Shown piece after piece: positions 29,955 through 40,944 of a stretch of 64,000 nt of DNA. The notes beneath the pieces are model-generated. The model had not been told where the DNA came from, made no database searches, and saw only the letters and a list, made by a program, of their open reading frames with translations. A program made the position numbers and the translations under genes. Within the stretch, counting starts at the first letter, position 1. Each line of letters starts with the position of its first letter. Source of the DNA: Gammaproteobacteria bacterium (GTDB lineage: Bacteria > Pseudomonadota > Gammaproteobacteria > WOZS01); NCBI GenBank assembly GCA_011620135.1, contig WOZS01000014.1, positions 130-64,129 on the forward strand, given 5' to 3'.

Positions 29955-30725
29955 TCATGGTGGTGTCTCGCCCGTGCGCAGGGTGAGGATGTCCGCCCCG
30001 GTCTCGGTGACCAGGATGGTATGCTCCCACTGCGCCGACAAGGAGCGGTCCTTGGTGACCACCGTCCAACCATCGGCGAGCAGCTTGACATGGCGCTTGC
30101 CAGCATTGAGCATGGGTTCTATGGTGATGCACATGCCTGGCATCAGCACGGCCCCCGTTCCCGGCAAGCCATAATGCAGGACCTGGGGTTCCTCGTGAAA
30201 GGCGCGCCCGATGCCATGGCCGCAGTACTCCTGGACCACGGTATAACCCCGCTCCTCGGCATAGGTCTGGATGGCATGCCCGATGTCGCCGAGCCGCACA
30301 CCGGGGTGCACCATGGCGATCCCCACATATAACGCCTCTCTGGTGACCTGGCTTAAGCGTTTGGCGAGTTGGCTGGGCTGCCCTACCAGGAACATGGCGC
30401 TGGTGTCGCCATGAAAGCCGTCCTTGATGACGGTGATGTCAATGTTGACGATGTCCCCGGAGCGCAGGGGCGTTGCGCCCGGAATGCCATGGCAGACCAC
30501 ATGGTTGACAGAGGTGCAGATGGATTTGGGAAAGCCGCGATAATGCAAGGGAGCTGGGATGGCCTGTTGGACCTCGACGATGTGGCGGTGACACAGCGCA
30601 TCGAGTTCGCCTGTGGTGACGCCAGGCCGGACATGCGCGGCGATCATCTCCAGCACCTCGGCTGCCAGGCGGCCGGCAACGCGCATGTGCGCCTGCTCCT
30701 CAGGTGTCTTGATGGGGATGGACAT
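29955..30725 (-). CDS. map: type I methionine aminopeptidase
   Basis: MSIPIKTPEEQAHMRVAGRLAAEVLEMI matches the Map N-terminus. Metal ligands are conserved (D..D..H..E..E). The six-frame ORF extends to 30752, but the alignment favours 30725. Confidence 0.9.
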   Translation of the reverse strand: MSIPIKTPEEQAHMRVAGRLAAEVLEMIAAHVRPGVTTGELDALCHRHIVEVQQAIPAPLHYRGFPKSICTSVNHVVCHGIPGATPLRSGDIVNIDITVIKDGFHGDTSAMFLVGQPSQLAKRLSQVTREALYVGIAMVHPGVRLGDIGHAIQTYAEERGYTVVQEYCGHGIGRAFHEEPQVLHYGLPGTGAVLMPGMCITIEPMLNAGKRHVKLLADGWTVVTKDRSLSAQWEHTILVTETGADILTLRTGETPP

Positions 30726-30730
30726 GGGTT

Positions 30731-30761
30731 TTGATTGCGAGAGCCATACCATGTATGGTAT
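30731..30761 (+). promoter_or_regulatory. candidate sigma70 promoter for rpsB (TTGATT, 17-nt spacer, TATGGT) overlapping a 7-bp inverted repeat ATACCATgtATGGTAT
   Basis: Read directly: -35-like at 30731..30736 and -10-like at 30754..30759. The inverted repeat is at 30746..30752 and 30755..30761. An A-rich tract follows. Confidence 0.35.
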
Positions 30762-30834
30762 AAAAAATACCCTTTCCCATACAACTGGCCCTTTCCCAAC
30801 AACTGGTCCTTATGAGAATTTCGAGGCGGCACTC

Positions 30835-31572
30835 ATGAACATATCAATGCGTAACCTGCTGGAAGCAGGTGTCCACTTTGGGCATCAGACCCGACTGTGG
30901 CATCCCAAGATGTCCCAATATATTTATGGGTCACGTAATCGGATTCATATCATCAATCTGGAGCATACCTTGCCCGCTCTGCGCCAGGCGGCCAAGTTTG
31001 CCAAGGACGTGGCGTCCACAGGCGGGCAGATCCTCTTTGTGGGCACCAAACGCAACCTGCGCGAGGTGGTGCGTCAGGAAGCCGAACGCTGCGAAATGCC
31101 GTATGTGGTCCAGCGCTGGCTGGGCGGCACGCTGACCAACTTTGCCACCGTGCGCCGCTCCATCAGCCGCTTGCTGGAACTGGAAAGGCTGCTGCAGGAA
31201 AGGACGGAAGGACTCACCAAAAAGGAGCGCCTGACCCTGGATCGGCAGCGCCAGCGTCTCGAGCGCAGTCTCGGCGGCTTTCGCCTCATGGAGACCCTGC
31301 CCGACGCTCTGTTCGTGGTGGATGTCGGGCACGAGCACATCGCCGTCTCGGAGGCCAACCGGATGCGGATTCCGGTGGTAGGCGTGGTGGATACCAACAG
31401 CTCGCCCGAAGGAATCGATCATGTCATTCCCGGTAATGATGATGCCCGGCTGGCCGTGGAGCTCTATTGTCAGGTGATGGCCGATGCCATTCTGGAGGGT
31501 CGCGAGGCGTCGGGCCGCTCTGTTGCCCCTGATGAGCTCCTGGAGGAGGAGATGGTCCGCGGGGGGAGTTGA
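30835..31572 (+). CDS. rpsB: 30S ribosomal protein S2
   Basis: MNISMRNLLEAGVHFGHQTRLWHPKM is the S2 N-terminal signature. About 245 aa. Confidence 0.95.
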   Translation: MNISMRNLLEAGVHFGHQTRLWHPKMSQYIYGSRNRIHIINLEHTLPALRQAAKFAKDVASTGGQILFVGTKRNLREVVRQEAERCEMPYVVQRWLGGTLTNFATVRRSISRLLELERLLQERTEGLTKKERLTLDRQRQRLERSLGGFRLMETLPDALFVVDVGHEHIAVSEANRMRIPVVGVVDTNSSPEGIDHVIPGNDDARLAVELYCQVMADAILEGREASGRSVAPDELLEEEMVRGGS

Positions 31573-31651
31573 GGGCCATCAGGAGGGCAGCACCCCTTGC
31601 GAGAGGGATGCTTTTGCCTTGTTCAACCGCTTTTTAGCTATGGAGACTGTC

Positions 31652-32488
31652 ATGGCGATTCAGGCAGGTATGGTGAAGACACTGCGGGAGCGCACCGGTG
31701 CTGGCATGATGGAGTGCAAGAAGGCCCTGGAGGAGACTCAGGGAGATATGGAAGCCGCCGTCTTGTTGATGCGCAAGCGGGGTGTGCTCAAGGCCGAGAA
31801 GCGCGCCGGACATGCTGCCAGGGAGGGCCGTGTTGCCCTGGTCCTGGATGAGCAGGCTGGTGCTGCGGCCATGGTGGAGGTGGATTGCGAGACCGATTTT
31901 GTGGCTCAGTGTGACGATTTTCAGCAGTACACCCAATGGCTGGCGCAGGCCGTCTTGCAGCATCAGCCACGGGATCTGGAGCATTTTCTCGGCCTTGCCA
32001 TCGAGGGCAAAACGCCCGAGGAGGCCCGTCACGACCTGGTGGGCAAGGTGGGCGAGAACGTGGTGGTGCGCCGTGTGGTCTTCATGCAACGCCAGGGCGA
32101 TGTGCTGGGAAGCTATCAGCATGGCCGCCGCATCGGCGTGCTGGTGGATATGCAAGGCGGCGACATGGCCCTGGCCCGGGACGTGGCCATGCACATTGCC
32201 GCCTCCCGGCCCCGGTGGCTGGATGCCGATCAGGTGCCAGCCTCCTTCTTGCAGAGGGAAAAGGATGTCTTCCAGGCCCAGGCGGCCACCAGTGGCAAGC
32301 CCGAGGCCATTGTGGCCAAGATGATCGAGGGCAGATTGCGCAAGGCCGTGGAGGAAGTGACATTGCTTGGTCAGCCTTTCGTGAAGCAACCCGAGCAGAC
32401 TGTGGGCACGTTGCTCAAGTCCCGGGGTGCCAGGGTGCTGGCCTATGCCAGGTTCGAGGTGGCCGAGGAAGAGGAACAGGCGGTCTGA
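31652..32488 (+). CDS. tsf: elongation factor Ts
   Basis: MAIQAGMVKTLRERTGAGMMECKKALEE is the EF-Ts N-terminal UBA-like signature. The six-frame ORF starts upstream at 31484. Confidence 0.95.
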   Translation: MAIQAGMVKTLRERTGAGMMECKKALEETQGDMEAAVLLMRKRGVLKAEKRAGHAAREGRVALVLDEQAGAAAMVEVDCETDFVAQCDDFQQYTQWLAQAVLQHQPRDLEHFLGLAIEGKTPEEARHDLVGKVGENVVVRRVVFMQRQGDVLGSYQHGRRIGVLVDMQGGDMALARDVAMHIAASRPRWLDADQVPASFLQREKDVFQAQAATSGKPEAIVAKMIEGRLRKAVEEVTLLGQPFVKQPEQTVGTLLKSRGARVLAYARFEVAEEEEQAV

Positions 32489-33840
<1,352 letters not shown>

Positions 33841-33852
33841 GGGGACTCTTGC

Positions 33853-34602
33853 GTGTGTGCCATACGCTGCATCGAGGAGGCCCTTCCCGGCATGCCTCAG
33901 CATCTGGCTGTGGTCATGGATGGCAATGGCCGCTGGGCAAAGCGTCGCGGTCTGCCACGCTCCGCGGGTCATGAGGCCGGCGTCTCGGCTGCCAAGAGGC
34001 TGGTGGAATACAGCAGGCGTCGTGGCATCAGGTATCTCACCATCTTTGCCTTCAGCAGCGAAAACATGGGCCGTCCTCCCAGTGAGGTGGCCTTTCTGCT
34101 GAACCTGATTCCCAAGGCGCTCAACCAATACTGCGATGAGCTGCTGCGCCATGATATCCGTGTCCATTGCGTGGGAGACCGGTCCATCCTGTCACCCGAG
34201 ACACAGCGGCGGGTGGACGAGGTCCTCCAGGAGACCCGCTCCGGCCAGGCCATGGATCTGGTGGTGGCCTTCGGCTACGGGGGCCGCTGGGACATCGTGG
34301 CCGCGGCCCGCCGGCTGATGGCTGAGGCCAAAAGGGGGCTGTTGGAGCCTGATGCACTGGATGAGGCGCTTTTTACCGCCCGTCTCCAACTGGCCGGTTT
34401 GCCGGATCCCGATCTTCTGGTGCGTACCGGTGGCGAGCGGCGCATCAGCAATTTCCTGTTGTGGCACATCGCCTATGCCGAGCTGTATTTCAGTGATGTG
34501 CTGTGGCCCGATTTCGACGAGGCACGTCTCGACGAGGCATTGCACTGGTACACAAGGCGCACCCGCCGTTTTGGGCTTTTGCCCGATGGTGATCATGCTT
34601 GA
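33853..34602 (+). CDS. uppS: ditrans,polycis-undecaprenyl-diphosphate synthase
   Basis: HLAVVMDGNGRWAKRRGLPR and ERRISNFLLWHIAYAELYF motifs. The start is GTG 33853 or ATG 33892. Confidence 0.9.
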   Translation: MCAIRCIEEALPGMPQHLAVVMDGNGRWAKRRGLPRSAGHEAGVSAAKRLVEYSRRRGIRYLTIFAFSSENMGRPPSEVAFLLNLIPKALNQYCDELLRHDIRVHCVGDRSILSPETQRRVDEVLQETRSGQAMDLVVAFGYGGRWDIVAAARRLMAEAKRGLLEPDALDEALFTARLQLAGLPDPDLLVRTGGERRISNFLLWHIAYAELYFSDVLWPDFDEARLDEALHWYTRRTRRFGLLPDGDHA

Positions 34603-35377
34603 CTGGCGGCTGATCTCGGCCCTGGTGGCCGGTCCCCTGCTCATGGCTGCCGTAGTCCTGTCGCCCATGGCCTTTGTGGCTCTGCTGGGTCTGCTGGTGA
34701 TCCTGGGTGGTGTGATAGAATGGGTCAAGTTGGCTGGCCTTGGCACAGGTACCAGGGTTGTCCTGTTGGTGGTGGTGGTGTTGGCGTGGGCGTTGATGCT
34801 GGTCGCGTCAATCTTGGACCAGCAGTTCCTCTATCCCCTGTTTGTCCTTGGGGTTTTCTGGTGGTGCATCATGGGCTGGCAGATTGTCACAGGTGGGGCG
34901 CATGTCGTCCCGGTGGTGCCGGGCCTGCTGATGACCCTGTTGCCCTTGCTGGCATTGTGGGTTCTGCTGGCGGTTTGCGACCGTTATTTCCTGTATAGCT
35001 TTTTGCTCATCGTCTTTTTTGCGGATGTGGCGGCCTATGCGGGGGGCAAGGTGTGGGGCCGGAGCAAGCTGGCTCCGGCCATCAGTCCGGGAAAGACGTG
35101 GGAAGGATTCTGCTGTGCATTGACCGGTGGTTTGTCGATGGCCTTGTTGCTGGGATGGGCGCGCGGTTTTCCTGAGCTTGGCCTGCTGGGTCTCGTGGGC
35201 GTGCTGTTCTCCCAGATCGGGGATCTGACCATCAGTCTTCTCAAGCGCCGCGCCCACGCCAAGGACAGCAGCGGCTTCATACCCGGTCATGGTGGTCTGC
35301 TGGATCGCCTGGACAGCCTCGCGGGTGCCGCGCCCTTCGTGGCTGGGGGGCTGGTGCTTTGCGGTGTATTGAGGTGA
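34588..35377 (+). CDS. cdsA: phosphatidate cytidylyltransferase
   Basis: The start at 34588 (MVIMLDWRLIS) gives a polytopic membrane protein with the CdsA C-terminal motif SLLKRRAHAKDSSGFIPGHGGLLDRLDS. The six-frame ORF extends upstream into uppS. Confidence 0.85.
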
Positions 35378-36537
35378 ATAGCGGCATCGCGATCCTGGGC
35401 GCCACCGGAACGGTGGGCCGCCAGACGCTGGATGTGGCGGCGCGCCAGAACATTCCCATCGTGGCATTGGGGGCGGGTTCCAATGAGGCAGCCCTGTACA
35501 GACTGTGCCTGAAGCATCACCCTGACTATGCAGCCCTGCATGATGTGGCGGCTGCCCAACGCCTCGAGTCCGCGATCAGACATGCCGGGCTTGCGACCCG
35601 GGTCCTGGCTGGCAGAGAGGGCCTGTGCGCGCTGGCCGCCTTGCCCGAGGCGACCTGTGTCATGGCCGGCATCGTAGGAGCAGCGGGATTGCTGCCTACC
35701 CTGGACGCCATACGGGCCGGCAAGCGCGTGCTGGTGGCCAACAAGGAGGTCCTGGTCATGGCGGGTGGATTGCTCATGGCCGAGGCAAGGACGCATGGTG
35801 CCCAGATCGTCCCCATCGACAGTGAACACAACGCCGTGTTCCAGTGCCTGGCTGCAGGGCGAGCTGGTCTGGAATACATCGCATTGACCGCATCCGGTGG
35901 TGCGGTGCGCGATATTCCCCTGCAACAGCTGCCATACATCACGCCGGAGCAGGCCTGTCGTCATCCCAACTGGACCATGGGCAGGAAAATCTCCGTGGAT
36001 TCGGCCACCATGGTCAACAAGGGCCTGGAGGTCATCGAGGCCTGCGTCCTGTTCGACGTTGCTGCCGACAGGGTCCGGGTGGTGCTGCACCCCGAGAGCA
36101 TCGTCCATGCCCTGGTGGGGTTCGTGGATGGCTCGGTGCTGGCACACATGGCTCACCCCGACATGCGCATTCCCATCGCCCAGGCGCTGGCCTTTCCCGG
36201 CCGCGCGCCCTCAGGGGCCTCTCTCCTGGATGTGCAGCGCATGGGCACCTTGCATTTCGAGGCCATCGATCCTGCGCGCTACCCCGCCCTTGCCCTGTGT
36301 CTCTCGGCCGCTGCACAAGGAGGCTGCGCCCCCCTGGTCCTGTCGGCCGCCAACGAGGTGGCTGTGGAGGCCTTTTTATCGGGACGCCTGCCATTCACCG
36401 GCATCACCGCGGTTCTGGATGCCGTCATGGGTCGTGCGGGGCACCATGGGGAACCTCATGGCGTGGAGGACATGCTGGCTCTGGATGAGTTGGCTCGCGG
36501 CGAGGCGCAGGTAGTGCTGTCTCGTTTTGCCGCATGA
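35359..36537 (+). CDS. dxr: 1-deoxy-D-xylulose 5-phosphate reductoisomerase
   Basis: 392 aa. NADPH motif ILGATGTVG and catalytic region SEHNAVFQCL...NKG. Confidence 0.95.
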   Translation: MRCIEVNSGIAILGATGTVGRQTLDVAARQNIPIVALGAGSNEAALYRLCLKHHPDYAALHDVAAAQRLESAIRHAGLATRVLAGREGLCALAALPEATCVMAGIVGAAGLLPTLDAIRAGKRVLVANKEVLVMAGGLLMAEARTHGAQIVPIDSEHNAVFQCLAAGRAGLEYIALTASGGAVRDIPLQQLPYITPEQACRHPNWTMGRKISVDSATMVNKGLEVIEACVLFDVAADRVRVVLHPESIVHALVGFVDGSVLAHMAHPDMRIPIAQALAFPGRAPSGASLLDVQRMGTLHFEAIDPARYPALALCLSAAAQGGCAPLVLSAANEVAVEAFLSGRLPFTGITAVLDAVMGRAGHHGEPHGVEDMLALDELARGEAQVVLSRFAA

Positions 36538-37913
36538 TCCATGCCCTGCCTGATCTCCTGAGGGCCGTGCTGGGCTTTGCCCTGGCGGTGGGGGTGCTGG
36601 TGACCTTCCATGAGGCCGGCCATTTCGTTATGGCGCGGTGCTGCGGTGTGCATGTCTTGCGTTTCAGCATCGGTTTCGGTCGACCCCTATGGTGCCGTAC
36701 CAGTCGCCGCGGCACCCAGTGGGTGCTGGCCGCCATTCCCCTGGGGGGTTATGTCAAGCTGTTGGATGAACGCGAGGCCCCCGTGCCCGCAGCCCTGGCC
36801 CAGGCGACTTTGAACAAACGCCCCATCTGGCAGCGTTTGCTGATCGTGCTGGCAGGCCCCGTGGCCAACGTGATCCTGGCTGTGGTGTTGTGCTGGCTGA
36901 TGTTCATGGTAGGGACCACGGGGCTCGTTCCCAGGCTCGGTGTCGTGGCCCCCGATACCCCAGCGGCCCGGGCCGGATTGCACCAGGGAGATGAGATCGC
37001 CAAGGTGGGTGGCGTGGTGACGAAGACCTGGGGCCAGGTGGCCATGGCCTTGCTCTGGCAGGCGCTGCGGCGCGGCCAGGTCGATATGACCGTATACCCC
37101 CAGGGATCGCAGGCAGCCGAGCACCCGGTGTCCTTGGTGCTGGAGTCACGCGAAACCGATGATGGTGGACAAAGCCTCTTGTCGAGCCTGGGTCTGCAAG
37201 CAGCGCTACCCCCCATACCACCTGTGGTGGGACAAGTGGCGCAACAAGGCCCGGCTGCAGGTGTCTTGCAAGTCGGGGACCGCATCCTGGCCATCGATGA
37301 CCATCGGGTCAGCACCTGGGATGAATTGGCAGACATGGTGCGGCACAAGGGTTCTGTCTCGGTGGTCATCACCTATGAGCGCCAGGGGTCCATCTATCAT
37401 GACCGTGTTCGGATTGGTCAGCGTGTGGGGGCTGGGCGTGCGCTTGGGTTCCTGGGCATTGCCGCAGCGCCACCCGCCGCTGCGGCCATGAGGCCCTACC
37501 TGATTGTCGATCGCAGGCAGCCAGCCCCTGCCCTGCTGGCTGCCTGGGATTGGACCTTGGTCATGGGGGGGGCCACAGCGGTGCTGCTGGCCAGGACCGT
37601 GGAGGGGCAGGCCAGTACACGTCAGATCGGCGGCCCTGTGACCATCGCCGTCTCCGCCGGTCAATCGCTTTCCGGGGGCATGGGCTCCTTTCTCCAGTTC
37701 ATGGCCTTGTTGAGCCTGAGCCTTGCCTTGCTCAACATCCTGCCCATTCCCATGCTGGATGGCGGTCACGCCTTGTTCTATATCATCGAGGGCATCAAAG
37801 GATCGCCACTTTCGGAGCGCTTCCAGCTCGTCGCCCAGCAGGTGGGCATGCTCGTGCTGCTCACATTGTTGGCCTTGGCTCTCTATAATGACCTTTCGCG
37901 ATTGTTTTTCTGA
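36534..37913 (+). CDS. rseP: RIP zinc metalloprotease (site-2 protease)
   Basis: 459 aa. HEAGHFVMA HExxH motif, PDZ region, LDG motif near the C-terminus (NILPIPMLDGGH). Confidence 0.9.
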   Translation: MIHALPDLLRAVLGFALAVGVLVTFHEAGHFVMARCCGVHVLRFSIGFGRPLWCRTSRRGTQWVLAAIPLGGYVKLLDEREAPVPAALAQATLNKRPIWQRLLIVLAGPVANVILAVVLCWLMFMVGTTGLVPRLGVVAPDTPAARAGLHQGDEIAKVGGVVTKTWGQVAMALLWQALRRGQVDMTVYPQGSQAAEHPVSLVLESRETDDGGQSLLSSLGLQAALPPIPPVVGQVAQQGPAAGVLQVGDRILAIDDHRVSTWDELADMVRHKGSVSVVITYERQGSIYHDRVRIGQRVGAGRALGFLGIAAAPPAAAAMRPYLIVDRRQPAPALLAAWDWTLVMGGATAVLLARTVEGQASTRQIGGPVTIAVSAGQSLSGGMGSFLQFMALLSLSLALLNILPIPMLDGGHALFYIIEGIKGSPLSERFQLVAQQVGMLVLLTLLALALYNDLSRLFF

Positions 37914-37973
37914 AAAACAAGCTGGGATGTGCGCTAGAATGGCCGATGTTTGGCAGCAGGTTGTGAGGTATCT

Positions 37974-40355
37974 ATGAAGCGCGAGGTGCTCCAGGCAAGG
38001 CGCCGGGCTGGAAGCATGGCGGCCCCCCTCCTGGGTGCAACCGCCGGGTTGCTGGCCTTGTCCGCGGTTTCTCCTCCCGCCCTGGCCCAGGCGGCCGCGG
38101 GGCAAGACGAAGAGACGGCCTTCGTGGTCCGCCGCATCCGCTTCGAGGGGTTGGCGCGGGTGGAGGAGGGCACGGCGCTCAACTACCTGCCCGTGAGCCC
38201 GGGGGATGTCCTGACGCCGCCGCGCATCGCGGAGTCATTGCGCGCCTTGTATAGCACCGGTTTTTTCTCCGACGTGGCCATTTATCGGGAAGGAGGCACC
38301 ATGCTGGTCCGGGTCAAGGAACGCCCGACCATCGCCCAGTTTTCCATTACCGGTAACAAGGACATCAAAACCAAGGATCTCACCAAGGGACTCAACCAGG
38401 TGGGGCTGGCCGAGGGGCGCTTTTTCAACAGGTCGGTATTGGATCAGGTGGAGCAGGAGCTGCGCCGTCAATATTTTGCCAATGGCAAATATGGCGTGCA
38501 GATCTCCACCAAGGTGGAAGAACTGCCTGACAATCGGGTGCGGATTGCTGTCACCATCCAGGAAGGCGAGGCTGCCAAAATCCGCATGATCAACATCGTG
38601 GGCAACAGCGTCTTCAGCGACGATGAGCTCAGGCGTGCCCTGAGCCTCACCACCACCCGCTGGTATGCCTTCGTGGCGCGCTACCTGGGCATGAAGGATC
38701 GCTATTCCAGACAAGCCCTGGCCGGGGATCTGGAATCGCTGAGCTCCTACTATCAGGATCGGGGCTATATCAGGTTCACCATTCGCTCCACCCAGGTCTC
38801 CTTGTCTCCGGACAAGCGGGATATCTACATCGGCATCGACGTGAACGAAGGGCAGGTCTACAAGGTCTCCACCGTGGATCTGGCCGGTGAGTTGATTCTG
38901 CCGCCAGACCAACTCATGGCGGCAACCCAGATCAAGCCCGGCCAGGTGTTTTCCAGGAAGCAGGTGACCGCCAGTGAGGATGGCATCAAGAACAAGTTGG
39001 GTGACAACGGCTATGCCTTTGCCAACGTGGAGACGGTGCCCAGCATCGATGAGGCCAAGCGAGAGGTGGCCATGACCTTCGTGGTGAGACCCGGTGCCCG
39101 GGCGTATGTGCGCCATGTGCAATTTCAAGGCAACAGCCTGACCCATGATGAGGCCTTGCGCCGAGAGAGCAGGCAGTTGGAGGGCGGCGTCTTCAACACC
39201 ACCCAGGTGCAGCGTACGGTGACCAGGCTGTCGCGATTGCCCTATGTGGAAAATGTCAATGTGGACACCAAGCCCGTGCCCGGTAACCCGGACTTGGTGG
39301 ATGTGGAATTCAAGATTACCGAGCGCAGCGCCGGGTCGTTTCAGGTGGGCGCTGGCTATGCGGGTTCCGAGGGTCTGGTGCTGTCCACGGGCATCTCCCA
39401 TTCCAATGTATTTGGTACCGGCAATGCCATGAACCTGGACCTCAGTGCCAGCAGCTATGCCCAGATCTATAGTCTGTCTCTAACCGAGCCCTACTTCACC
39501 ATCAATGGTGTCAGTCGGACCGTGGGCGCCTTCTACCGCTCCACCGATCGTCTCTTGGATGTCACCTCGTCGTTTTACAGCGACAGCTTCGGCGGTCTGT
39601 TGCGCTTCGGGATCCCATTGAGCGAGTACAACAACATCACCCTGGGCGGACGCGTCAAGGACACCAGGCTGCGCACTGATCCAAAATACAGCCCTGAGCA
39701 AGTGATCAAGTTCGTGGAAGAAAACGGCGAGCATTATCTGACCACTGACCTCAGTGCGGGTTTTGCTCGGGATACCAGGAATCGCTCCCTCTTCCCCGAC
39801 AAGGGATACCTGCACAATGTCACGCTGGATGTGGCGGTTCCCCTGGGGGACATGCAGTACTACAGTGTCGAGTACGACTTCGAACAGTATTTTCCTCTCA
39901 GCGAGGACCTGCTGTTCAGCATCAACAGCGGCGCGCGAGGCATCGATACCTATGGCGATGTCAATGATGTGCCCCCAGACGAAAAGTTCTTTGGCGGCGG
40001 CATTCGCACCGTGCGTGGCTTCAGGGATGGAGAACTTGGCCCCCGCGACCGCTTTGACAATCCCGTGGGCGGCGACCTGCTGACTTATGGCCAATTTGAG
40101 CTGGATTTTCCCACCCTGCTGGAGGGAATCGTCCATTCGCGTAATATGCGCATCGGCGTATTCGTGGATGCTGGGAATGTCTATGATCAATTGAACGATT
40201 TCTCTGGCAGTGGCTTACGGGTCAGCAGTGGCGTGGGCTTCAAATGGCTTGCTCCCATTGTGGGTATGCTTGAGTTTAGTGTAGCGACCCCAATCCGGGA
40301 CAAAAAGGACGATAAGACCCAAATCTTCAACTTTAGCCTCGGGCAGCGTTTCTGA
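37974..40355 (+). CDS. bamA: outer membrane protein assembly factor BamA
   Basis: The start at 37974 (MKREVLQ..., RBS GAGGT upstream) gives a signal peptide, five POTRA repeats and a C-terminal beta-barrel ending in F. The six-frame ORF starts at 37950. Confidence 0.93.
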   Translation: MKREVLQARRRAGSMAAPLLGATAGLLALSAVSPPALAQAAAGQDEETAFVVRRIRFEGLARVEEGTALNYLPVSPGDVLTPPRIAESLRALYSTGFFSDVAIYREGGTMLVRVKERPTIAQFSITGNKDIKTKDLTKGLNQVGLAEGRFFNRSVLDQVEQELRRQYFANGKYGVQISTKVEELPDNRVRIAVTIQEGEAAKIRMINIVGNSVFSDDELRRALSLTTTRWYAFVARYLGMKDRYSRQALAGDLESLSSYYQDRGYIRFTIRSTQVSLSPDKRDIYIGIDVNEGQVYKVSTVDLAGELILPPDQLMAATQIKPGQVFSRKQVTASEDGIKNKLGDNGYAFANVETVPSIDEAKREVAMTFVVRPGARAYVRHVQFQGNSLTHDEALRRESRQLEGGVFNTTQVQRTVTRLSRLPYVENVNVDTKPVPGNPDLVDVEFKITERSAGSFQVGAGYAGSEGLVLSTGISHSNVFGTGNAMNLDLSASSYAQIYSLSLTEPYFTINGVSRTVGAFYRSTDRLLDVTSSFYSDSFGGLLRFGIPLSEYNNITLGGRVKDTRLRTDPKYSPEQVIKFVEENGEHYLTTDLSAGFARDTRNRSLFPDKGYLHNVTLDVAVPLGDMQYYSVEYDFEQYFPLSEDLLFSINSGARGIDTYGDVNDVPPDEKFFGGGIRTVRGFRDGELGPRDRFDNPVGGDLLTYGQFELDFPTLLEGIVHSRNMRIGVFVDAGNVYDQLNDFSGSGLRVSSGVGFKWLAPIVGMLEFSVATPIRDKKDDKTQIFNFSLGQRF

Positions 40356-40407
40356 GCGAGCCCTGCCGGGAGGCAGGGTACCCAGGCATTTCATGGAGGG
40401 TTAGACA

Positions 40408-40938
40408 ATGAGGCTCTATACAGCAAGACGAGCGATGCGGGTTGTGTTGGCTTGTTGCGCCATAATTCTGGCGGGGACCGCGCACCCGGCCTTGGCTGAT
40501 CTTCGGGTTGCCTATGTGGACGTGTCGCGCCTCATGGAGGAATCCGCGCAGGCCAAGGCTGTGCGCCAGGCCATGGAACGGGAATTCGCCCCCCGCCAGA
40601 TGGCCCTGCAAAACGAGCAAAAACAGATCGCGGACCTGGAGACCCGCTACCGTCGCGAGGCCGAGGTCATGAAAGAAGCCGAAAAGAAAAAGCTGCTGGG
40701 TGACATACGCCAGCGCGGACAGCAACTGGAGGTCAAAGGAAGGGCATTTCAGAGTGATGTGCAAAAGCGTACCGGCCTCGAGCTCAAGCGGATCAACGAT
40801 ACCATCAAGACCATCATGGAGTCCATGGCCCGCAGGAAAAAGCTCGACCTCATCCTGGTGGATGGCGTGGCCTATGCCGCCAATGGCATCGATATCACCG
40901 ACGAGGTGCTGGCCGAGCTCAACAAGACCCATCCCTAG
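40408..40938 (+). CDS. skp: periplasmic chaperone Skp/OmpH
   Basis: 176 aa with signal peptide and coiled-coil OmpH body. Located between bamA and lpxD. Confidence 0.85.
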   Translation: MRLYTARRAMRVVLACCAIILAGTAHPALADLRVAYVDVSRLMEESAQAKAVRQAMEREFAPRQMALQNEQKQIADLETRYRREAEVMKEAEKKKLLGDIRQRGQQLEVKGRAFQSDVQKRTGLELKRINDTIKTIMESMARRKKLDLILVDGVAYAANGIDITDEVLAELNKTHP

Positions 40939-40944
40939 AAGGGC

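Noticed and set aside
27314-30106. 930-aa glnD ORF start at 30106
   Set aside because: The first ~54 residues would overlap map. The downstream ATG at 29944 gives a GlnD of normal length (~876 aa) and a 10-bp spacer after the map stop.
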